The notes under the pieces: generated by a model
Told to the model about the DNA's origin: nothing
Databases searched by the model: none
The model's input: the letters and a program-made list of their open reading frames with translations, nothing else
Origin: a candidate division FCPU426 bacterium
GTDB lineage: Bacteria; Oederibacteriota; Muellerivitia; Muellerivitales; Muellerivitaceae
Assembly: GCA_963738405.1 (NCBI GenBank)
Contig: CAVTWJ010000023.1
Span: 32,001 to 96,000 of the forward strand
Direction: 5' to 3'
DNA length: 64,000 nt
Made by a program: the position numbers and the translations under genes
In this document: one piece after another, positions 31,056 through 38,938 of the stretch
How positions within the stretch are numbered: position 1 is the first letter of the stretch
How the letters are laid out: each line of letters begins with the position of its first letter

Positions 31056-33564
31056 GATTTTATTCCGTCTAAGTCCGGGCACTACAAGCAACTGAGCCAA
31101 GGAGGTGCCCCTATGACCTAGTTTGTTTGTTTCAATCCCGTCTAAGTCCGGGCACTACAAGCAACAGAAGCTACTGCTGTTGTCTCTGTTTGTCGGATTG
31201 ATGTTTCAATCCCGTCTAAGTCCGGGCACTACATGCAACTAAGAATAAAGGATTTAAAGCTCTGAAACAAAAGGGTTTCAATCCCGTCTAAGTCCGGGCA
31301 CTACATGCAACTTCTGGTTTCTCAAACCAGCGTTAAAGCTTGAGACGGTTTCAATCCCGTCTAAGTCCGGGTACTACAAGCAACCTTGACATTGCAATGG
31401 AATACCTTTTGGCCGAAAAAGTTTCAATCCCGTCTAAGTCCGGGCACTACAAGCAACAAAGACATTCCTGATCGACACAGCGCCGGTCCAGAAGTTTCAA
31501 TCCCGTCTAAGTCCGGGCACTACAAGCAACAAAGCCATGAGTAACCAACCAGAAACCGCAGGGCCAAGTTTCAATCCCGTCTAAGTCCGGGCACTACAAG
31601 CAACTTTGGATCTGACGCAGATTGGTCAGTTAAAATTTGGTTTCAATCCCGTCTAAGTCCGGGCACTACAAGCAACTGATATTTGTCATGTTTTTGCTCT
31701 GGTGAGCTTCTGTTTCAATCCCGTCTAAGTCCGGGCACTACAAGCAACTCTTAGAGGAGATTCAAATATCCTTGTTGTTCAAGAGTTTCAATCCCGTCTA
31801 AGTCCGGGCACTACAAGCAACAGGGAATTCCAGCGAGAGTCGCTTTTGGAGATGCCGAGTTTCAATCCCGTCTAAGTCCGGGCACTACAAGCAACCCAAC
31901 AACTGATTCGTATAGGGATCGGCATTACTGGTTTCAATCCCGTCTAAGTCCGGGCACTACAAGCAACCTGGTATAGCGAGAGTGGTCAAGTCAAATGGTA
32001 CTGTTTCAATCCCGTCTAAGTCCGGGCACTACAAGCAACTACAATTACCGCGAAGGTTTGATCGACGAGAAGCATGTTTCAATCCCGTCTAAGTCCGGGC
32101 ACTACAAGCAACGGTGGATCAACGCCGTCGCCAGTCGTCACGCCAGTGTTTCAATCCCGTCTAAGTCCGGGCACTACAAGCAACCGCAGAAACCGGGCAC
32201 AAAAGAGAAGTACAAGGTCAGGTTTCAATCCCGTCTAAGTCCGGGCACTACAAGCAACTGAGTTATTTTCCGCCATTCAAGGATTTGCTTCAAGTTTCAA
32301 TCCCGTCTAAGTCCGGGCACTACAAGCAACTAATTTAGTGATCGGTAGCCAAACCCTAGAAGGGTGAGTTTCAATCCCGTCTAAGTCCGGGCACTACAAG
32401 CAACCAAGGGGACATTCTCACCATTACCGTGAATCTGGCGGTTTCAATCCCGTCTAAGTCCGGGCACTACAAGCAACTTCGGGTTATGGATGGGTGGAAA
32501 AAAATGGTTTGTGTTTCAATCCCGTCTAAGTCCGGGCACTACAAGCAACCCAGCCATTGCACTGTTGGCATCTCCATATGTGGGAGTTTCAATCCCGTCT
32601 AAGTCCGGGCACTACAAGCAACTTCGGCTCATCAAGGCGACACCGTGGAGTTCGAAAGTTTCAATCCCGTCTAAGTCCGGGCACTACAAGCAACTCAGTA
32701 AAGTCCATCGAACATCCGTTTAGATGGGAGTTTCAATCCCGTCTAAGTCCGGGCACTACAAGCAACGTGTATAATCTGACTCCTTGATTTCTCGATTGGT
32801 TTAGTTTCAATCCCGTCTAAGTCCGGGCACTACAAGCAACATCCGGACCATGTTTTTAGGAATAATCGCCATAATGTTTCAATCCCGTCTAAGTCCGGGC
32901 ACTACAAGCAACACAAGGTGGAGGACGATATGATCCGTTTAACGCATGAGTTTCAATCCCGTCTAAGTCCGGGCACTACAAGCAACAGACGGCCTCGGCT
33001 TCAACCAGCGGGCAACAGCAGTTTCAATCCCGTCTAAGTCCGGGCACTACAAGCAACTTACCAAGAAGGTATTCCTTACGAGGATTCGAGGGTATGTTTC
33101 AATCCCGTCTAAGTCCGGGCACTACAAGCAACCGAAACTGATTGAAGAATCAAAGGAAGTTTGGGAGTTTCAATCCCGTCTAAGTCCGGGCACTACAAGC
33201 AACATCCGCAAGGGAAAGAGGTAGCTCACTTTCAATTCGTTTCAATCCCGTCTAAGTCCGGGCACTACAAGCAACACTTCGAGCGATGAAGGGATGCACG
33301 AAAACCTAGAGTTTCAATCCCGTCTAAGTCCGGGCACTACAAGCAACTTGACGAGGCCCTCACCGCCTCACCAGAAGCCAGGTTTCAATCCCGTCTAAGT
33401 CCGGGCACTACAAGCAACTGTTACTGAAATCGCATGGGCAGACATGAGTCTGAAGTTTCAATCCCGTCTAAGTCCGGGCACTACAAGCAACCAATATTGG
33501 TACGCGTCAAAGCCAGGGCAGTTTAATGTTTCAATCCCGTCTAAGTCCGGGCACTACAAGCAAC
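31056..33564 (-). CRISPR. CRISPR array: 35 repeats (37 bp) and 34 spacers (~34-38 bp)
   Basis: Plus-strand repeat GTTTCAATCCCGTCTAAGTCCGGGCACTACAAGCAAC. The minus strand ends in ATTGAAAC (Cas6 8-nt handle). Variant repeats cluster at the left (31056, 31203, 31275, 31348), marking the trailer, so the leader is at the right. Confidence 0.98.
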
Positions 33565-34713
33565 TCTACCATATTCCCAAGCAATTTGCGTATTTGTCGG
33601 TTCCTTTTGCCGCAAACCGTTTTCCACCTCCAAAACCCGCCCCTTTTGCGGAAACATCATTAAACCTTCAGTTTTTTCAGCTTCATTCACTTTGCTTTCC
33701 CCGTTTCCTATTTCGCTTTTGTTCAGTCTTTTCGGCCTGGGCCATTTACGTCCGTTCTCGAAGTGACAACCCAAAAAATCGAATCCTTCCTCCTGGGCAT
33801 CCACAATCCGGGTTTTTTCTGGGTGCAGTAAAAGACCAGCCTTCACCGTCCAGGCCCGTGCTTCATCAAGGGCTCTTTGGGCTTCCCACTCGCTTCGACA
33901 CAACACCATGAAGTCATCCGCATAGCGGACCATCTCATAGCCCCGGTTTTCCATTTCTCGGTCTAAAGGGTCCAGATAGATATTGGAAAGCATGGGACTC
34001 ACAACGCCACCTTGGGGAGTTCCTGTTTTCCGCCTCCACTTTCTCACTCCATCCGTGACTTCCTGGTTTAAATAAGCCCGGATCAGGTAAAGAACACCCC
34101 CATCGCCTATCTTCGCTTCGACCAGTTTCATGAGTCTCCCATGGGGGATGGTGTCAAAATAACTTTTCAAATCGGCATCCAGCACCCAAACATAACCATC
34201 TCCCAGCAACCGTTCGACCCGCTTCAGCGCATCCTTAACTCCCCGCATCGGCCGGAATCCATAGCTGTGGCTTGAAAAATCACGTTCAAAAATAGGTCCT
34301 ATGACGTTACGCAAAGCCGTCTGGGCCACCCGATCTTCCACCGTCGGTATTCCCAGGGGTCTTTTCGTTGGGCTTCCCGCCTTGGGAATCCATATCCTTT
34401 TAACCGCCTGGGGTATATACCGCCCCGCTCTTAACCTGATCGCGAGATTTTCGAGGTTTCGGGCAAGGCACGCCTTATACATATTGACAGTGGTTCCATC
34501 CAATCCGGCACTCCCATGGTTGGCCTTCACCCTCTTAAAGGCGCTCAGGAGATTCTTTGGTTGGTACACCAAATCCATCAGTCCCAGCCACTTTTCCCCT
34601 TTCATCCAATTTTCCAACTTCGTCAGCATACGATCTGTCCATATACTTGGTTCGACCCACAGCCACCTTTGCTGAATTGCGCCGGTGTTTGCACCCATTC
34701 CCGGCAGGATCAT
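33541..34713 (-). CDS. CRISPR-associated stand-alone reverse transcriptase, group II intron-like, thumb/maturase domain lacking
   Basis: VKANHGSAGLDG, RPLGIPTVEDRVAQ, SYGFRP, DADLKSYFDTIPH, GTPQGGVVSPMLSNIYL, RYADD, GFDFLG; ATGA overlap with cas2. Confidence 0.92.
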   Translation of the reverse strand: MILPGMGANTGAIQQRWLWVEPSIWTDRMLTKLENWMKGEKWLGLMDLVYQPKNLLSAFKRVKANHGSAGLDGTTVNMYKACLARNLENLAIRLRAGRYIPQAVKRIWIPKAGSPTKRPLGIPTVEDRVAQTALRNVIGPIFERDFSSHSYGFRPMRGVKDALKRVERLLGDGYVWVLDADLKSYFDTIPHGRLMKLVEAKIGDGGVLYLIRAYLNQEVTDGVRKWRRKTGTPQGGVVSPMLSNIYLDPLDREMENRGYEMVRYADDFMVLCRSEWEAQRALDEARAWTVKAGLLLHPEKTRIVDAQEEGFDFLGCHFENGRKWPRPKRLNKSEIGNGESKVNEAEKTEGLMMFPQKGRVLEVENGLRQKEPTNTQIAWEYGRVACSART

Positions 34714-35090
34714 AGGTTTAATCCCCCAGAACTAACCGAAGCCAGAAAACTCCGGTCCGATTTATCGCCAACTTCTGTTGCCGATTCAATGTCAGTCTCT
34801 TCCCCCATCAATTTATCAGCCTTCCCCCCATCTCCGATAATGATTGCTTCCATTTTCCCGCCTAAACACCTCTGACTAATAGGTAATAGCATGACCCTTC
34901 CATAGGAAGTCGGCGAAAGCTTGGATTTCAATTGCGCAAAAAATTCTGGGCGCCGATCCGGTTCCATCTCACCCATAAAAACCGAAAGCTGGACGCGGAC
35001 CAAGCCCGCGTCCTTGCAGGCCTCGGCCACCTTGGTCCGAAACTTGGTCTTTTCAATGTCATAAACGACTAGGACGTAGGTATGTTCCAT
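34710..35090 (-). CDS. cas2: CRISPR-associated endonuclease Cas2
   Basis: VLVVYDI...RTKVAEACKDAGLVRVQLSVFMG; acidic C-terminal tail. Confidence 0.9.
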   Translation of the reverse strand: MEHTYVLVVYDIEKTKFRTKVAEACKDAGLVRVQLSVFMGEMEPDRRPEFFAQLKSKLSPTSYGRVMLLPISQRCLGGKMEAIIIGDGGKADKLMGEETDIESATEVGDKSDRSFLASVSSGGLNL

Positions 35091-35161
35091 TTCAGTAAGG
35101 TAACCCGGAAAGGCGCCGGAAAACATTTTGCAATATTACTGAAATTTCGTTCAGGGTAGGA

Positions 35162-36370
35162 TTACCAGACCATTTTCCAGACCTCAAAGCGCGGGGTTTT
35201 CCCGGCCAGGAAACCCTTCAATTCAACCACTTGAGCATGGAAAATCTCGCTTAAAGGCATCCGGGAACCCTGAAAATCCACATCCACTTCCAGCCGGGAC
35301 AGGATCGACTCGGCCAGTTCTTTGCGGCTTTCATCCACCATGAGGCCTTCCTCCGTTCGGGCCAATCGGCCCTGGTTGACGAGCGCAATGACCGTCTTGT
35401 CCACGACCGGCTGGCGGAAAGGTTCCACGAGATCCAAAACCAGGGAAGGTTTTCCAGAGCGGTCGGTATGGAGAAAACCCGCGAAGGGCTCCAGTCCCTC
35501 AAGGACCACCGCCGACCAGACTTTGGCGTAAAGGATGCCGTAACCGTAATTAATCATCGAATTAAAAGGATCCTGGGCTCCGTGCCCTTCCCGGCCCGTG
35601 AATTCGACCTTGTTCCGGACCAGCAGACCAACCCCCGTCCAATAACACCGTGAAGCGGCCCCTTCGTACCCCATAAGACGATCCCTCAGGACCGACCAGT
35701 TGGCGTCCCCCAACTCCCCGGCCATGGACAGGACCGCCTCTCCCCCGTCCTCGATACCCTGAATAAGGCCCCTCAGTTCGTCATATTGGGCGGAGTCCTT
35801 TTCCTTGAGATACTTGCCGGAATACTTGAGCAAAGTGGCTTGGTTCCTGATCTTTCCGAGGATGAGACTGGAAGCAATGACTAGGCCTCTAGAATCTTTG
35901 AAGGCCGCCATTTGTTCCCTGCGGATTTCCACCGACTCATGCCAAGACGGGGAAGAAACAAGGGCATAGGGCTCGCCGGACGGCGAAACGAAGGCGATGG
36001 GGATGCGGCGGACGCAGAGTTCTTCCAGGAGGTCGGACGAAATGGAAACGCCCCTGGAGGAAACCATTACCTCGGCCAATTGGAAAAAGGGTATTTCAAG
36101 TAGGATCTCAACGCGTGGCCTGGGAGGCTTACCCGCCGCCTGTTCCTTCATGTCCCGGGCTTTTCTCAGGGCGCGAAACGGTACGATGGATGGGCCTTTT
36201 TCGTCGAAGGCGATCTCGACATAAGCGCCGACAGGCCGAAGCCCAAGGTCCAGATCGGCTTGGGCAGGCTCGGGCGCCCGCGCCATCACCACCCGGGGCC
36301 CCTTCACCACCAACCGCTCGGATTGCTTGGAAAGCGTTATTCCGAAGTCGTTGAGGATGATGCGTTTCAT
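35162..36370 (-). CDS. cas1: CRISPR-associated integrase Cas1
   Basis: LMGYEGAASRCYW, DPFNSMINYGYGILY, GLEPFAGFLH, SLVLDLVEPFR. Confidence 0.95.
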   Translation of the reverse strand: MKRIILNDFGITLSKQSERLVVKGPRVVMARAPEPAQADLDLGLRPVGAYVEIAFDEKGPSIVPFRALRKARDMKEQAAGKPPRPRVEILLEIPFFQLAEVMVSSRGVSISSDLLEELCVRRIPIAFVSPSGEPYALVSSPSWHESVEIRREQMAAFKDSRGLVIASSLILGKIRNQATLLKYSGKYLKEKDSAQYDELRGLIQGIEDGGEAVLSMAGELGDANWSVLRDRLMGYEGAASRCYWTGVGLLVRNKVEFTGREGHGAQDPFNSMINYGYGILYAKVWSAVVLEGLEPFAGFLHTDRSGKPSLVLDLVEPFRQPVVDKTVIALVNQGRLARTEEGLMVDESRKELAESILSRLEVDVDFQGSRMPLSEIFHAQVVELKGFLAGKTPRFEVWKMVW

Positions 36371-36467
36371 ATCCGGCCTCTTCCCGGTTTAGCGGGGTGG
36401 GGTAATGTCGAATATCATTTCAATGCGACAGCTTTAATACGCACCATTCGGAAAAATGACAGTTTTT

Positions 36468-37322
36468 TCATTTCGATTGGGTCCGCAAGGGAAGGATCTG
36501 AAGCTGTCCCATACCCATCGTGGAACCCTTGCCTATATGCAGCCATTGAAGGGCCGCGAAAAGAGGCTTGAAAGAACCAGGGCCATCGGGTAAATCCAAC
36601 TTCCCGGATACACCCTGCATATCGATTTCCCGTTCTTGACGGCCCGAATATCGCACTAGATCAAGCCGGTCACCCAACCACAGGTTAGAGGGTATCCCAC
36701 GAGCTTCCGCCAGCATTTCCTTCTGGCCCGAACGAAGAACCTGCTTCATCCCATCCTCCACCAACATTGACACCCGGCGGATACCCGCGACGACCATGTC
36801 GGTGAAACTTGGATTTTCGACAAGAATTCCTTTTCGAACCAACCGGAGGGGGGCGGTAAAGCTGAAGGAACAAGCCTTTTCTTCCAGGGGCCAACGCACG
36901 TTACTCGCCTTCCAACCACTGAAACCCCTATCCCATTCCAGGAATGAACCCGAGGGGCTTATCGGTCGGGTCATCCGGACGTGGAATCGCCTGCGTTCTG
37001 GACCCAAACCCATCCCGGAAGCAACGTCCCATGCCCGCATGAGGGTTACATCATGTTTTGTGGCATCACCCAACAAAATGAATTCCAAGGCGGGAGAGTC
37101 CCCAGGGTCCGGGGATGCGGGGCGAAAAATATAACCCGGGGGCTGATCAATAGAATTCTTGTCACCCTCGAAAACTTCCCGGTAAGCAACCGGGTCCAGA
37201 TCATGTAGCGCCGCACCCCATACACCCCTCAACATGGGGATGGTAGCCCTTACGCCAGGCGTATCCAGGGATATCCTGCGGGGCAAGATGTTTATTCCGT
37301 CTAAAATTCCAGGCCAATCCAT
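36468..37322 (-). CDS. cas6: CRISPR RNA-processing endoribonuclease Cas6
   Basis: MLRGVWGAAL, FTAPLRL, RYSGRQ..IDMQG..G, C-terminal Gly loop HIGKGSTMGMG. Confidence 0.9.
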   Translation of the reverse strand: MDWPGILDGINILPRRISLDTPGVRATIPMLRGVWGAALHDLDPVAYREVFEGDKNSIDQPPGYIFRPASPDPGDSPALEFILLGDATKHDVTLMRAWDVASGMGLGPERRRFHVRMTRPISPSGSFLEWDRGFSGWKASNVRWPLEEKACSFSFTAPLRLVRKGILVENPSFTDMVVAGIRRVSMLVEDGMKQVLRSGQKEMLAEARGIPSNLWLGDRLDLVRYSGRQEREIDMQGVSGKLDLPDGPGSFKPLFAALQWLHIGKGSTMGMGQLQILPLRTQSK

Positions 37323-37338
37323 AAATCACGCTATCCAA

Positions 37339-37374
37339 GTTTAATCCCGTCTATATCCGGGCACCGTCTGCAAC
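37339..37374 (-). repeat. Solitary degenerate CRISPR repeat upstream of cas6
   Basis: GTTTAATCCCGTCTATATCCGGGCACCGTCTGCAAC versus the array repeat; same orientation; CCCG/CGGG stem intact. Confidence 0.85.
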
Positions 37375-37382
37375 TTTATTTC

Positions 37383-37700
37383 CTATGAAACCCTGGTCAA
37401 GATTTTATAGTCGTATCCCAAATCCCTTAACTCTTTCTCGCTCAAGTCTTTCCCCATTGGGGGTCGCTCTTTCAGTTTGAATACTAAGACTTGGTCTCCG
37501 GGTTTCGGATCCCATTGTTGGCGGTTGAATGAGCATTCCACACCCAAATCATCCGCGATCAATTGACAGGTTGCTTCATGTCCGATAAAAGAAACCAGAC
37601 CCGGCTTGGCGAATTCCCTAGCCGTTTCTAATGTAATGGTTTCCAAACGATAAGTTCCATCAGATGGGAGAATCGCGGTATTGATAACAGCCATCACCAT
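37383..37700 (-). CDS. crn2: DUF1874 / YddF / AcrIII-1-family ring nuclease (Crn2-like)
   Basis: INTAIL..DGTY, SFIGHEAT (catalytic GH), NR, LVFKLKERPPMGKDL..E..GY. Confidence 0.85.
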   Translation of the reverse strand: MVMAVINTAILPSDGTYRLETITLETAREFAKPGLVSFIGHEATCQLIADDLGVECSFNRQQWDPKPGDQVLVFKLKERPPMGKDLSEKELRDLGYDYKILTRVS

Positions 37701-37742
37701 TGCTTAATTCCTTTCTAATAACGAAGAACAATTAAAAATTAA

Positions 37743-38912
37743 TTATAAGTATTTTCGAAATAGTTCTTGATCATCATAGTTATCCGCAATGGTTTGAATA
37801 TCCCCGCGCAGGATGAGATTAATGCCGTAAACCTTGGCGCGATCAAAAGCCGCTTTCTTCGCCCCTTCATTATTTTGTAAATAGACCGAAGTCGTGATCC
37901 CCCAGATTTTCGTTTTTAAAGCCTTAATGTTTGTAACAATGCTAAAAATCTTAAAAAGAAAATCAGCTTTTTTATCGAACATTTGAAAACCGGATTTACA
38001 CTCAATGCCATATAAAGTCTGATTTTTAATAAAACAAACATCCAATTCTTGATTCTTCTTATGCAAATGGCATCCCGGTAATACCTGGGTTATCCCATTA
38101 AAGGTTTGGTGTTTTACAACCCAATTAAACATGAACGCTTCAAGCCATCCACCTGTTAAAAAATCCCCCGTTTTAGGTGATGTCGTGCCAACTAACCATT
38201 CATTTTCTAAATTAAGCCCCAATAAAGTAGCCATATCATTTGTAAACAAATCCTTATTAACTTTAATTTCACCCGGTCGCACTTCAGTTCCTTTGCGAAT
38301 AATTTCTTTACGATCATTTTTAACCAGAAAAGACCACAAATCTCCGCTAACTTTTGCGGTGGCCAATGCTAAATTTTCTAATTTAGGAAAGTTATTCTTT
38401 TTTCCAGTCACAACGGACCAGTTATCTATTTCTTCCCCATAACCCGCCAAATATTCATTGATATTTAACGGATAATCGCAAAACACATCCTTTTGATCGT
38501 TCTCAAATAAAATCACATCCGGTTTTCCAATATCGATATACAGATAATCCACATTCCCAAATTCACCGTTAGAGAACGTGTCATAAGCAGCAATTGACAT
38601 TAATTTATTACCGCCGGTTAAATTCACGTACCATTCCGTTGCTCCCTTTGCGAGGATTTTTTCGATACCACTTCTTAAATCATTCTCGATTTCCGAGATG
38701 GACAATTCATTAGTAAGAAAAATATCTTCTAAAATTTTCACGCCAGGATTCCCATTAACTTTCAACGCATCCTTTAACCACTGGGTATGATTCGTATTTA
38801 CATCTAGTGTTTTTTGGGTAACCACCAAAACCACCTGGTCAGGTTTTAAACTTTTTATGGGTAAAAAGTTAGGAACATGCTGGGCTGAAACAAGACAAAC
38901 CATTGTTTTCAC
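37743..38912 (-). CDS. Card1/Can2-like CARF + PD-(D/E)xK nuclease effector (DUF1887)
   Basis: CLVSAQHVPNFL, VNLTGGNKLMSIAAY (CARF); GGWLE, ELDV...YGIECKSG (nuclease); AT-rich. Confidence 0.85.
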   Translation of the reverse strand: MKTMVCLVSAQHVPNFLPIKSLKPDQVVLVVTQKTLDVNTNHTQWLKDALKVNGNPGVKILEDIFLTNELSISEIENDLRSGIEKILAKGATEWYVNLTGGNKLMSIAAYDTFSNGEFGNVDYLYIDIGKPDVILFENDQKDVFCDYPLNINEYLAGYGEEIDNWSVVTGKKNNFPKLENLALATAKVSGDLWSFLVKNDRKEIIRKGTEVRPGEIKVNKDLFTNDMATLLGLNLENEWLVGTTSPKTGDFLTGGWLEAFMFNWVVKHQTFNGITQVLPGCHLHKKNQELDVCFIKNQTLYGIECKSGFQMFDKKADFLFKIFSIVTNIKALKTKIWGITTSVYLQNNEGAKKAAFDRAKVYGINLILRGDIQTIADNYDDQELFRKYL

Positions 38913-38938
38913 GTTAGAACCTTTCTGATTAGCTGGTT

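Noticed and set aside
31995..33911. Plus-strand ORFs within or next to the CRISPR array
   Set aside because: Translations of repeats (FQSRLSPGTTSN / VSIPSKSGHYKQ); not genes.
33541..34713. RT as an intact group II intron, retron or DGR
   Set aside because: No maturase/X domain or room for intron RNA, no retron VTG motif or msr-msd, and no TR/VR pair seen.
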